The translations under genes and the position numbers were made by a program. From Clostridia bacterium (GTDB taxonomy: Bacteria; Bacillota; Clostridia; TANB77; CAG-508), in the NCBI GenBank assembly GCA_017410505.1, contig JAFQQR010000027.1, positions 107,439-171,438 of the forward strand: 64,000 nucleotides of DNA, written 5' to 3'. The stretch's first letter is position 1, and each line of letters opens with the position of its first letter. Under the pieces are notes generated by a model. It did no database searches. It was not told the origin of the DNA and saw only the letters and a list, made by a program, of their open reading frames with translations. This document shows, piece by piece, positions 30,684 through 41,030 of this stretch.

Positions 30684-31565
30684 TTAATATTTATATTTAT
30701 CCCTTTCTTTCAACTCATCATATATTTTACAAAATCTTTCATATCTTGATTTGTTTATTTCTCCATTTTCTAGTGCTTGTTTGATTCCACAATTTTCTTC
30801 TTTTATATGTGTACATCCAACAAACTCACAACTTTCTATAAATTTGTTAAATTCTTTAAAATATCTATCTAAATTTTTATACTCTATTTCTGATATATCA
30901 AATGTTGAAAATCCTGGTGTATCTGCTATATATGTATTTTCATCTATTTCATATAATTTTGTTGATGTTGTTGTATTTTTTCCTCTTTGATTTCTTTGGC
31001 TAATATCTCCTTCTTGTGTTACATTAGCTTTAAATATTGCATTTATTAATGTTGATTTTCCTACTCCTGAATTTCCTGAAAATGCATTTATATTATTTTT
31101 TAATGCTTGTATAAGTTCTTGTATTCCTTGTTCTTCTTTTGCTACTGTTTTTATTACTTTATATCCTATTTTTTCATATACAGATTCTATTTCTTTAAAA
31201 TCTTTCTTTTTATCTAAATCTGTTTTGTTTAATACTATTATAGGTGTTATTCCTAAATACTCTGCAAATATTAATTGCTTGTCTAATAATAATAAATCCG
31301 GTTTTGGATTTTTGCTTGATATTACTAGTATTATTTGTGTTATATTACTCATTTTCGGTCTTTTTATATATGTTGTTCTTGGTAATATTTTTTCTATTAC
31401 AGCTTTATTGTTTTCTTCATCTAATATTTCTATTTTAACATTATCTCCAACAACGGGCACTATTTCATCTTTTTTTAACTTTCCTCTAGCATTTGCTTCA
31501 TATATTTTGTTTTCCGTTTTTATTTTATACAGATTTGATATATTTTCTATTATTAATCCCTGCAT
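30684..31565 (-). CDS. rsgA: Ribosome small subunit-dependent GTPase
   Basis: LNKTDL, GNSGVGKSTLIN, GKNTT, DTPGF, C..C.H..E..C zinc motif. Confidence 0.95.
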   Translation of the reverse strand: MQGLIIENISNLYKIKTENKIYEANARGKLKKDEIVPVVGDNVKIEILDEENNKAVIEKILPRTTYIKRPKMSNITQIILVISSKNPKPDLLLLDKQLIFAEYLGITPIIVLNKTDLDKKKDFKEIESVYEKIGYKVIKTVAKEEQGIQELIQALKNNINAFSGNSGVGKSTLINAIFKANVTQEGDISQRNQRGKNTTTSTKLYEIDENTYIADTPGFSTFDISEIEYKNLDRYFKEFNKFIESCEFVGCTHIKEENCGIKQALENGEINKSRYERFCKIYDELKERDKYKY

Positions 31566-31607
31566 TTTTCCTCCAATTTTTAATTAATTATAATTATTTT
31601 TATATAG

Positions 31608-31838
31608 TTATTTGCTATTATTGTATAATTCGTCAGGACATATATCAGCTCCATTTTCCCATTCTAGTGATAACCCAGATATTTTGACCTTTTTAAACTT
31701 ATTTATATCTTCTAACTCTTTAAAAATCTTAAATTTAAAATATGGCTTAACATCAAAAATCTTTTTTTCACCATTATCAAATAATACCTTTAATTTATAG
31801 TTTTCTAAAATTTTTACATCTATAGCTTTTGGTCTCAT
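31608..31838 (-). CDS. DUF2442 family protein
   Basis: YKLKVLFDNGE..IFD...LEWENGADICPDELY. Confidence 0.85.
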   Translation of the reverse strand: MRPKAIDVKILENYKLKVLFDNGEKKIFDVKPYFKFKIFKELEDINKFKKVKISGLSLEWENGADICPDELYNNSK

Positions 31839-31844
31839 ATATCA

Positions 31845-32111
31845 TTACTCCAATCCTTTTATTTTTATTACTTCTCCATCATTATTTAATGCATACCATG
31901 CAGCTTTTAATTCTTCTTTATGTAATTCAATCCATGCATCAACTAATTTTTTCTGCTTATTTGGAAGATTACCATTTAATATTTTTCCTTCTATTGTTAT
32001 TGACATCTCATATTCATTATATTTTACATGTATATGAGGTTTATTATGATGCCCTCCTATTTCTCTATACATATATATTAGTATTCCATAAAATTGTGAT
32101 ATAACCGGCAT
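31845..32111 (-). CDS. DUF4160 family protein
   Basis: MPVISQFYGILIYMY...HNKPHIHVKY...WIELHKEEL..AW. Confidence 0.88.
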   Translation of the reverse strand: MPVISQFYGILIYMYREIGGHHNKPHIHVKYNEYEMSITIEGKILNGNLPNKQKKLVDAWIELHKEELKAAWYALNNDGEVIKIKGLE

Positions 32112-32314
32112 ACTACCTCCTTTATTATATCATTCTGGTTAACACTTTTCAATTATTTTTTTGGGTTTTATTTCGATTTAAATTTATTTGAACAAATAGA
32201 TCAAAAACTATAGATGTTTACATATATTATCATTATTTTTCAATTTTGTCAATAATATAAAAATCAATCATTATAGACATGTTTTATCTATAACAATTGA
32301 TTTTTATTCATCTA

Positions 32315-34282
32315 TTATTTTGAAAATTTTAATTCCTCTTGAGAGCCAAATTTTATAGTTTTACTTGAGCTATATATAGTTCCTGTAGAATCTTTTATCG
32401 TAATTTGAATATCTTTAGTTTCTCCACTCTTTCCTGAAATCGTAATTTGACATTCTTTATTTTTATCGATTCCACTTCTTGTTTCAATTTTATCACCATA
32501 TTTAAGTTCTATATTTACTGTTTTAGAAGTATCAATTTCTACATTCTCTTCTGTTGAATATCCTCCTGTTAGTGATTTAACATCCACCGTAACAACTGCT
32601 GTTTTTATTTCAGCTAATTTATTTACTGTAATTGTTACCGTTGTTCCCTCATCAATAACTTTTCCAACTTCCAGAGACTGTTTTAATACAACTCCATTAT
32701 CTTTAGAATTATCTTCACTATATCCTATATTTACAACTAGTCCAACACCTTCTAGCGCTGATTTTGCATCTGCTTCTGATTTTCCTGTAACATCTATCAT
32801 AGTGACTTGTTTTATACCAGTTCCTGTACTTACATGTATTTTAACAGTATCTCCTGCATTTGTTTCTGTATTAGCTTCTGTTTCTTGGCTAATTACATAA
32901 CCTTCTTCCACTTTTTTGCTAGTTTCTTCAATAATTTCTGCTTTTAATTTAGCCTCTTCTAAAGTATTGATTGCCTCTTCTTCTTTTAAGCCAACAACTT
33001 TTGGTACAGTTGTTTTTTCTGTTCCTTTACTAATTACAACTTTTACTGTACTTCCTTCTTTTACTTTATTATAATTTTCGATATATGTTGGATCTTGGCT
33101 AATAATATGATTTTCTTCAACTTCAGTATTATATTCTTCTGAAGATACCTCAAATTGAAGTTTTGCTTCTTTTACTTTTTGTTCAGCTTCTTCTCTTGAA
33201 AGACCCACTACATTTGGTAATTCTACTTCTTTAGGATTTGTTGCATTTAAAAACAACATTGTTCCACCAAATGCTAAAAAGAATAATAATATTACACCTA
33301 TAACTCCACTTAGTACTTTATGTTCTTTTATAAAAGCTACAAATTTATTTTCCTTCTTGTTTGTTGATCTGTTCATCTTCTCATATCCATTTGTTGAAAT
33401 TTTTTGAGTTCTAGCTGTTGCATCATATTCCATTTCTTCTACAAAATCTCCAGATGGATTTTTTAGTGCTGTTTTTAAATCTTGTAATATTTCTGTACTT
33501 GTTTGATATCTAAGCATCACATCTTTTTTCAAAGCTTTTAGTATTATCTTATTTATTGCTTTTGGTAAATTAGGATTTATTTCTATTGGTTCTACCGGTT
33601 CTTCTTGCATATGTTTTAAAGCCACTGATACTGGTGTATCAGCATCAAATGGTACTTTTCCAGTTACCATTTCATATAATACTACCCCTAAAGAATATAG
33701 GTCTGATTTTGCATCAGTAAAACCACCTCTGGCATGTTCTGGAGAAAAATAGTGAACTGAACCTATTGTTGTTCCAAATGCTGTTATAGTAGAATTTGAT
33801 ACGGCTTTTGCTATTCCAAAATCTGTTACTTTTGCTATCCCATCTTCAGTTATTATAATATTATGTGGTTTTATATCTCTATGCACTATATTGTTTTTAT
33901 GAGCCATTTCTAATGCTGATGCAATTTGAATTGCAACATTTACTGACCATTTCCAAGGAAGTGGTCCTCTTTCTTCTACTATTATTTCTTTTAAAGTTTT
34001 TCCTTGGATTAGTTCCATTACTATGTAATAAACTCCATTATCTACTCCAACATCAAATATTGAAACTATATTAGGATGTACTAATCGAGCTGCTGATTGT
34101 GCTTCTGTTTCGAATCTTCTTATAAATTCTTCATCTGTTGTAAATTCATCTCTAAGTACTTTTACTGCTACATATCTTTTTAAAAGTAAATCTGTTGCCT
34201 TATATACTGTTGCCATTCCCCCATTTCCAACTTTTTCGATAATCTCATATCTATTTCCTAATATCCTACCTTCTAAATTCAT
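32315..34282 (-). CDS. pknB: PASTA-domain Ser/Thr kinase (PrkC/PknB/Stk1)
   Basis: GNGGMATVY, HRDIKPHN, VTDFGIA, GSVHYFSPE, TM, three PASTA repeats; start at MNLEGR. Confidence 0.95.
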   Translation of the reverse strand: MNLEGRILGNRYEIIEKVGNGGMATVYKATDLLLKRYVAVKVLRDEFTTDEEFIRRFETEAQSAARLVHPNIVSIFDVGVDNGVYYIVMELIQGKTLKEIIVEERGPLPWKWSVNVAIQIASALEMAHKNNIVHRDIKPHNIIITEDGIAKVTDFGIAKAVSNSTITAFGTTIGSVHYFSPEHARGGFTDAKSDLYSLGVVLYEMVTGKVPFDADTPVSVALKHMQEEPVEPIEINPNLPKAINKIILKALKKDVMLRYQTSTEILQDLKTALKNPSGDFVEEMEYDATARTQKISTNGYEKMNRSTNKKENKFVAFIKEHKVLSGVIGVILLFFLAFGGTMLFLNATNPKEVELPNVVGLSREEAEQKVKEAKLQFEVSSEEYNTEVEENHIISQDPTYIENYNKVKEGSTVKVVISKGTEKTTVPKVVGLKEEEAINTLEEAKLKAEIIEETSKKVEEGYVISQETEANTETNAGDTVKIHVSTGTGIKQVTMIDVTGKSEADAKSALEGVGLVVNIGYSEDNSKDNGVVLKQSLEVGKVIDEGTTVTITVNKLAEIKTAVVTVDVKSLTGGYSTEENVEIDTSKTVNIELKYGDKIETRSGIDKNKECQITISGKSGETKDIQITIKDSTGTIYSSSKTIKFGSQEELKFSK

Positions 34283-34372
34283 ATTTAATCTCTTCCTTTC
34301 GCTTCGCTCATCGTAAATTAAAAAATTTTTCAATTTTTAAAATTTACAAAAACTAAGTTTTTACGTGGACCG

Positions 34373-35107
34373 CTATATATTTTTTATAACGATAACTGTT
34401 ATGTTATCATATCCCCCTCTGTCATTTGCAATCTCTACTAAATCTTTTGTGGCTTGCTCAATATTTTTACTTGCTTTTTCATATATTATATCTGGACTTA
34501 CTAAATTTGTTAATCCGTCTGAGCACATGATTAAGATATCATCTTTTAAAAATCCTTTTACCATTACATCTGGTTCTACAAAAGCATTACATCCTAATGC
34601 TTTCATTAACATATTTTTTTGTGGATGATGTGCTGCTTGTTCTTTGGTAATTGTTCCTTCTTTTACTAATTTTTGCACATAACTATGGTCTTGCGTTAAT
34701 TTTCTAATAAATTGCTTTCTTATTCTATATATTCTACTATCTCCTACATGTCCTATATAGACTTTATTATTGTATATTAGGCATATTTCTAAAGTAGTTC
34801 CCATTCCTTGTAATTCTTTGTTTTCTTTTGATTTCTCATATACTACCATATTTGCATATTCTATGCTACTTCCTAGTAATTGAATTATACTTTCTCTATT
34901 TTTTTCTATTTCTTTAAAATTATTTTCTATATAGTTTTTGGCAGTTTTTACTGCTAGACTACTTGCTATTTCTCCTCCGTTATATCCTCCCATTCCATCT
35001 GCTAGTATGTAGAGCTGTATTTGATCTAATGAATTCGAAATGTAGTAGTAGTCTTGATTCATTTCTCTTACTTTTCCTTTGTCACTTTTCGCATAAGCTT
35101 TTATCAT
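34373..35107 (-). CDS. PP2C-type Ser/Thr phosphatase (Stp1/PrpC)
   Basis: GKVREMNQD, LADGMGG, HVGDSR, CSDGL, GGYDNIT. Confidence 0.95.
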   Translation of the reverse strand: MIKAYAKSDKGKVREMNQDYYYISNSLDQIQLYILADGMGGYNGGEIASSLAVKTAKNYIENNFKEIEKNRESIIQLLGSSIEYANMVVYEKSKENKELQGMGTTLEICLIYNNKVYIGHVGDSRIYRIRKQFIRKLTQDHSYVQKLVKEGTITKEQAAHHPQKNMLMKALGCNAFVEPDVMVKGFLKDDILIMCSDGLTNLVSPDIIYEKASKNIEQATKDLVEIANDRGGYDNITVIVIKNI

Positions 35108-35261
35108 TTTCTCACCTCTGTTCTTTTGTGTTAGCTTATTTACATTTTTACAATTTATTTTATATCATAAGTTATGTTTTTTTGCAATATTTTTTGATTT
35201 TTTTCTGTGAGATTGTTATAATAGTTGTAGTAACTATTATTTTTTAAAGGAGGTTTTTTAT

Positions 35262-35984
35262 ATGTCAACACCACATAATGAAGCTCTTAAGGAAGAGATT
35301 GCTAAGACTGTTATAATGCCTGGTGATCCTTTGAGGGCTAAATATATTGTTGAGAATTTTTTTGATAATTTTAAGCTTGTGAATGGAGTAAGGGGAATGT
35401 ATGCTTATACTGGAACTTACAAGGGAAAGACTTTGAGTGTTATGGCTTCTGGTATGGGAATGCCTAGTATGGGAATTTATTCTTATGAGTTGTTTAAATT
35501 TTATGATGTGGATAATATTATAAGAATTGGTTCTTGCGGAGCTTATTTGCCTGAGTTGAATTTATTTGATATTGTTTTGAGTGAGATGGTTTTTTCTGAG
35601 GGAAATTATGCTTTGACTTTAAATAATGATGATTGTCATATTTCAGGTTCTAGTGATAGTTTGAATTGTATTATTAAGGATACTGCTAGTGAAAATGATA
35701 TAGGGTTGACTTGTGGTAATACTGTTTGTACTGATTGTTTTGATGTTTATATGTCTGATGTTAATAAATTTTTAGAAAGGGTTCCTAATGGTTTTAATCC
35801 GGTGTCTGCCGAAATGGAAGCTTTTGCTTTGTTTTATAATGCTCAGTTATTAAATAAAAATGCTTCTTGTTTGATGAGTGTGGTTGATTCTAAATTTATT
35901 GATGATATTGCTTCTGCTGAAGAAAGGCAGACTGGTTTAAATAATATGATCAGGCTTGCTTTAGATTCTGCTATTAGACTATAA
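35262..35984 (+). CDS. deoD: Purine nucleoside phosphorylase DeoD-type
   Basis: MSTPHN, MPGDPLRAKYI, GMGMPSMGIY, IRIGSCG, EMEA. Confidence 0.93.
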   Translation: MSTPHNEALKEEIAKTVIMPGDPLRAKYIVENFFDNFKLVNGVRGMYAYTGTYKGKTLSVMASGMGMPSMGIYSYELFKFYDVDNIIRIGSCGAYLPELNLFDIVLSEMVFSEGNYALTLNNDDCHISGSSDSLNCIIKDTASENDIGLTCGNTVCTDCFDVYMSDVNKFLERVPNGFNPVSAEMEAFALFYNAQLLNKNASCLMSVVDSKFIDDIASAEERQTGLNNMIRLALDSAIRL

Positions 35985-36033
35985 AAAAAATAAGATGCCG
36001 TTTGGATTTGAAGGGCATCTTATTTTTTATGTT

Positions 36034-36516
36034 TTATTTTTTTATGTCTAATATTTTATATTTCATTATTCCAGCTGGTGCTGTTACTTCTACTGTTTGT
36101 TTTTTCTTTGCTCCTAATAGTGCTGAGCCTAATGGTGATTCATTTGAAATTTTGTTTTCTAGTAAATCTACTTCTGTTGATCCTACTATTGTGTATTCTA
36201 TTTCTTCGTCAAATTCCATGTCTAATACTTTTACTGTGTTTCCTATTTGAACTGTGTCTGTGTCGATTTCTTTTTCATCTATTATTTTTGCATGTCTTAA
36301 TTTATTTTCTAGTTCTGCTATTTTTACTTCGTTTTCTGCTTGTGCTGTTTTTGCTTCATCGTATTCTGAGTTTTCTGATAAATCTCCAAATCCTAGTGCT
36401 ACTTTTATTCTTTCTGCTATTTCAGCTCTTTTTTCTGTTTTTAAATAATTTAATTCTTTATCTAAGTTTTCATATCCTTCTTGTGTAAGGATTACATCTT
36501 TTTCTTCCATAATCAT
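36034..36516 (-). CDS. greA: Transcription elongation factor GreA
   Basis: [26 protein letters not shown]. Confidence 0.96.
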   Translation of the reverse strand: MIMEEKDVILTQEGYENLDKELNYLKTEKRAEIAERIKVALGFGDLSENSEYDEAKTAQAENEVKIAELENKLRHAKIIDEKEIDTDTVQIGNTVKVLDMEFDEEIEYTIVGSTEVDLLENKISNESPLGSALLGAKKKQTVEVTAPAGIMKYKILDIKK

Positions 36517-36606
36517 AACCTCCTTTTGTTAAATAACTTAATTGTTAAAAAACTTACTTTATATTAAAGCAGATTTTATTTTTTGTCAAGTGATTTTGCT
36601 TAAGTT

Positions 36607-37200
36607 TTAGTCTTTTAGTAAATCTTTTCCATCTTTTAAATATTCATATCCTGAAAATACTGTAGCTATTGTTTGTATTATCATCATTATTGTAACTAAT
36701 AAATTTAATATAAATGCAAATCCATTTAACTCACCTTTAAAGCAGTCTCCGAAAGAATTTATATCAATAAATGCTAAAATTATTGCAGTCATTTGTGTGA
36801 CTGTTTTAATTTTTCCCCATGTTGATGCTGCGATTACTTTTCCTCCTTTTTCAACTGCTATTAATCTGTATCCTGAAACGATGAATTCTCTAGCTAGTAC
36901 AATTACTGGTACCCATGCAGGTAATTTACTCATTTCTACAAGCATAATCATTGCTGTTAATACTAAAATTTTATCAGCTAATGGGTCTAAAAATTTACCA
37001 AATGTCGTTACTTGGTTTCTACTTCTTGCTATATATCCATCTAATTTATCTGTAATAGAGGCAATTATAAATATTGCATCTATTACTAAATATGTTATTG
37101 GTATTCCAAATAATTCTCCTTTTATTCCTAGAAATGGTATTATTACCATTAATGGTACAAGTATAATTCTAAAGATTGTTAATTTATTTGCTAAATTCAT
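36607..37200 (-). CDS. pgsA: Phosphatidylglycerophosphate synthase
   Basis: NLANKLTIFR, TDKLDGYIAR...GKFLDPLADK, REFIVSG. Confidence 0.95.
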   Translation of the reverse strand: MNLANKLTIFRIILVPLMVIIPFLGIKGELFGIPITYLVIDAIFIIASITDKLDGYIARSRNQVTTFGKFLDPLADKILVLTAMIMLVEMSKLPAWVPVIVLAREFIVSGYRLIAVEKGGKVIAASTWGKIKTVTQMTAIILAFIDINSFGDCFKGELNGFAFILNLLVTIMMIIQTIATVFSGYEYLKDGKDLLKD

Positions 37201-37242
37201 TTCATTCTACCCTTTCAATTTTTATATATTAAGTTTTTTGTT

Positions 37243-38451
37243 TTATTGTTTTAACATTTCTATTGCTTTTTGTAATTGAGTATCTTGGCTTTCTTCTACA
37301 TTTAAAATACTAGTTACACTATCAGGTAATTTTACTTCTTCATCTGGTTTTATTCCTACTTCATGGATTTTATTTCTGTTTGGTGTTTGATATTCTTCTA
37401 TTGTTATTTTTAATCCGCTACCATCACTAAGTTTTAATATTTGTTGAATCACACCTTTTCCATATGTTGTTGTTCCAACTGTTTTTGCTTTTCCTAAATC
37501 TTTTAATGCTCCTGCTAATATTTCTGATGCACTAGCTGTATTTTCGTTTGTTAATATAATTATTGGCATATTTATTATTGGATCAGTTTTGGCTTTTTTT
37601 ACTGTTTCCTTATTATTTTTATCAACTTCATATAATAAAACAGAATCTTTATCTGCAATATAATCAGCTATTTCTAATGCTTGGTCTACAATTCCTCCAC
37701 CATTATTTCTTAAATCTATTATTAATGATTTTATTCCTTTTTGATTTAATTCTTCAAATTTATTTTTAAAATCTTCGGCTGTTGTTTCATCAAATGATGT
37801 AAATTCTATATATCCTATATTGTTTTCTAATACTTTTCCTTCTACTTGGTTTACTTTTACTTTTTCTCTTGTTAATTCATATTTTACAGTTTCTGATCCT
37901 CTTAATAATTCTATTGATACTTTCGTACCTTCTTCTCCTTTTATATTATTTGAGGCTGCAGTCATATCATCTGCTTTATATTCTACTCCATCTACATTTA
38001 ATATGATATCTCCAGCCTGTATTCCGGCTTTTTCAGCTGGGCTTCCTTTTATTGTTGATAATACTTGTATTTTATCATATTGAGTGTTTTTAATCATATA
38101 TATGCCTATTCCAACAAAGTTCCCCATTGTGTCGTCTAAATAGCTTTCCATATCTTCTTTAGAAATGTATTCTGTGTATGGATCCCCTAAACCTTCTATA
38201 TATCCCTTTATTGCACCTTCTTCTAATTTTTCTTCATCTATTTCTCCTAAATAGTATTTGTCTATTATTTCTTTATATTTTTTTAAAGTTGAATCTATAT
38301 TAGTAGTTTCTGTATTACTTGAAGATATTGATGATGGATTTTTTACAAAGTATGTATATAATGATATTGATGTAATCATAAATGTTATAAAAATAGTTAA
38401 TGCAATTATCATTATCATTTTATAAATTTTAAATCTTTTACTTTTTTCCAT
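37243..38451 (-). CDS. S41 carboxy-terminal processing protease (CtpA/CtpB-like)
   Basis: DPYT, PDZ GIGI, IDLRNNGGG, TASASEI, TYGKG. Confidence 0.93.
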   Translation of the reverse strand: MEKSKRFKIYKMIMIIALTIFITFMITSISLYTYFVKNPSSISSSNTETTNIDSTLKKYKEIIDKYYLGEIDEEKLEEGAIKGYIEGLGDPYTEYISKEDMESYLDDTMGNFVGIGIYMIKNTQYDKIQVLSTIKGSPAEKAGIQAGDIILNVDGVEYKADDMTAASNNIKGEEGTKVSIELLRGSETVKYELTREKVKVNQVEGKVLENNIGYIEFTSFDETTAEDFKNKFEELNQKGIKSLIIDLRNNGGGIVDQALEIADYIADKDSVLLYEVDKNNKETVKKAKTDPIINMPIIILTNENTASASEILAGALKDLGKAKTVGTTTYGKGVIQQILKLSDGSGLKITIEEYQTPNRNKIHEVGIKPDEEVKLPDSVTSILNVEESQDTQLQKAIEMLKQ

Positions 38452-38543
38452 TTTTTACCTACACCTCTCATAAATTTTGAGCGGAAATTATTCCGCTCTT
38501 TTTAAAGGATATTAATCTTTTTTATTTTTATTCTATGTTTTTA

Positions 38544-39782
38544 TTAGTTTGGCAAATATCCTCTTGGGTCAACTCTATTACTATAATATCCTGGACTTGT
38601 TCTTACTTCAAAATGTAAATGTGGTCCTGTTGAATTTCCTGTATTTCCAACTCTCATTATTTGTTGTCCTTGTTTTACTCTTTGCATTTCTGATACACAT
38701 ATTGAACCTGCTTGCCCATGTGCATATAATGTATATAAATTACTGCTTGGATGATATATTATTATATAATTTCCATAACTTGTTGTTAATGCTTGTGTTG
38801 TTACCACTATTCCATCTGCCACCGCATATACTGGCATTCCATTTATTCCACTAGCTCCATAATCTACAGCTCCATGAAATGATCCTGATGAATAATATAA
38901 TCCTGTTGTTATATAACTATTTACTGGTTTTATAAATCCTGCAGAACTTGTTCCACTATTACTTGCCTGTCCACTAGATGAAGTTGAATTATTATTATTT
39001 TTGCTTGCCTCTGCTTTTTTTCTTTCAGCTTCTATTTGAGCTTGCATAGATTGTATTTTTTTATTTATCGCCTCATTATCTTTTTGTAATTCTGCTATTT
39101 GATTTTGTAATTGTTGCTCTTCTGCAGACAATTGTGATACTTTAGCATCTTTTGCTGATTTAGCACTTTTTAATTGACTAGATACACTTTCTTTGCTAGC
39201 TTTTGTTGTTGTTAACTCATTTTTACCATTTTCTAATTCTTTTTTAGCATTTTCAATTTCTTCTTTTTGTTTTTGAATTTTATCTAATAATTCTACATCA
39301 TATTGTGTTACTTCTGATACTAAATAATAATTAGATATAAAATCTGTTACACTTGTTGAACTAAGCAATACATCTAAATATGATGTATCACCAGCTTCAT
39401 ATACTGCTACCATTCTCTCTTCTAATGTTTTTTGTTGTGATTCATAATCTTCTTGCGATTTTTTTAATTTTTCTTCTGCTTCTTTTATTTTTTTATTTGC
39501 ATCATTTATTTGTGACTCTAATGATGTAATTTGCCCTTGATAAGTAGCTATTTGGTTATTTAATTCTTCAACTTCTTTTAAAGTTTCATCTTTTATTTCT
39601 TGCACTTCATCAATTTGAGCTTGTTTTTCGTTTATTTTATTTTTATTTTCTTCTTGTTGACTTTTTTGATTATTTATATCTGATTGTGATACTGCTAAAG
39701 AAATATTATAACTTGTTAGAAATATTATTGTTGTTATTATTACTATAATTTTTTGACATATTTTTTTCATATGTTCCTCCAA
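38544..39782 (-). CDS. Coiled-coil M23 peptidoglycan hydrolase (EnvC/CwlO-like) 2
   Basis: Signal peptide, PcsB-type coiled coil, HGAVD, YAH, STGPHLHFEVR. Confidence 0.88.
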   Translation of the reverse strand: MEEHMKKICQKIIVIITTIIFLTSYNISLAVSQSDINNQKSQQEENKNKINEKQAQIDEVQEIKDETLKEVEELNNQIATYQGQITSLESQINDANKKIKEAEEKLKKSQEDYESQQKTLEERMVAVYEAGDTSYLDVLLSSTSVTDFISNYYLVSEVTQYDVELLDKIQKQKEEIENAKKELENGKNELTTTKASKESVSSQLKSAKSAKDAKVSQLSAEEQQLQNQIAELQKDNEAINKKIQSMQAQIEAERKKAEASKNNNNSTSSSGQASNSGTSSAGFIKPVNSYITTGLYYSSGSFHGAVDYGASGINGMPVYAVADGIVVTTQALTTSYGNYIIIYHPSSNLYTLYAHGQAGSICVSEMQRVKQGQQIMRVGNTGNSTGPHLHFEVRTSPGYYSNRVDPRGYLPN

Positions 39783-39790
39783 TTTATATT

Positions 39791-41020
39791 TTAATTTGTT
39801 GTATTTTCCGTAGTATTCGAATTCTCATTTTTACTACTTTCATCCCCTGGAATTAGTCCATTTGTTATATATGGCATTGGATCTGTTGTAACACCATTTA
39901 TTCTAATTTCAAAATGTGCATGTGCTCCTGTTGAATATCCTGTTGACCCTACTTTTAAAACTGGGTCTCCTCTTTTTACAGTTTGTCCTACTTCTACTAA
40001 AATTTCTGAACCATGTGCATATAATGTTGAAATTCCTCCACCATGATTAATTATTACCATATTTCCATAAGCTGTATTAAATGATGCTTTAGTAACTATT
40101 CCATCATTTGCTGCTATAAAATTTGCTCCTTCTGGTGCACTAACATCTACTCCTGTATGTAACTTATATACCCCTGTTATAGGATGAACTCTCATTCCAT
40201 ATTTCGAAGTAATTTTGGTATATCCTGGAATTGGCCAAGCAAATGTTCCTCCTATATATTGTGTATCTATTCCATCCATTGATAATGCTATAATTTGTCT
40301 ATTTATTTCTTCAAATTGCTTATTATATTCATCTATCTGATTTTGTATTTCTTTTTCTTCATCTGAAAGTTTTTCTAGAAAACTTTCTCTCATTTTTCTT
40401 GTATTTTGTAATGTTCTTGTGGTTCTTGTTTGATTTTCTATTATTGTTGCTAATTGCGTTTTTTCGTTTTCAAGTTTCTTTTTTGATGTATCTATTTTTT
40501 TCTTTTTGTCGTCTATATCATTTAATAAATCTTCATCTACTTTTGCTAATTCTGATACAACATAATAACTAGATAAGAAATCTGTAATGTTTTTTGATTT
40601 TAATAATATATCTAGGTATTTAGTTTCTCCTGCTTCATATATTGCTACAATTCTTTGTTCAAACAAGTCTTTTTGATTATTATATTTTTCTGTTACTGTA
40701 TTTAGTTCTTTTTCTATTTCTTCAATAGTTTTCTTTAATTCTGTAATCTTACTTTCTTGTTCTTCTAATTCATTTTCTGATTTTGATATTTTTTCATCCA
40801 ATTTTTGTACTTGTTGTAGACTTTCTGATATGTCACTCTGAACATCTGTCAAATCTGCATTTGCTTCATTTAATTGATTTTGTAATAATTCTCTTTGTGT
40901 TTGTAAATCTGTTGTTTCATTAGTTGTATTATTATTTTCATTTTTTTCTTCTTCTGCATATGTAAGTGTTGTTATAAAACAAATTAGTAAGATTAAAACA
41001 ATACATAAATTTTTACGCAT
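39791..41020 (-). CDS. Coiled-coil M23 peptidoglycan hydrolase (EnvC/CwlO-like) 1
   Basis: Signal peptide, coiled coil, HTGVD, YAH, STGAHAHFEIR. Confidence 0.88.
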   Translation of the reverse strand: MRKNLCIVLILLICFITTLTYAEEEKNENNNTTNETTDLQTQRELLQNQLNEANADLTDVQSDISESLQQVQKLDEKISKSENELEEQESKITELKKTIEEIEKELNTVTEKYNNQKDLFEQRIVAIYEAGETKYLDILLKSKNITDFLSSYYVVSELAKVDEDLLNDIDDKKKKIDTSKKKLENEKTQLATIIENQTRTTRTLQNTRKMRESFLEKLSDEEKEIQNQIDEYNKQFEEINRQIIALSMDGIDTQYIGGTFAWPIPGYTKITSKYGMRVHPITGVYKLHTGVDVSAPEGANFIAANDGIVTKASFNTAYGNMVIINHGGGISTLYAHGSEILVEVGQTVKRGDPVLKVGSTGYSTGAHAHFEIRINGVTTDPMPYITNGLIPGDESSKNENSNTTENTTN

Positions 41021-41030
41021 GTTTTCTCCT

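Noticed and set aside
35262-35984. AGG as a second frameshift-triggering codon
   Set aside because: In-frame AGG occurs several times in intact deoD and in pknB with no frame disruption
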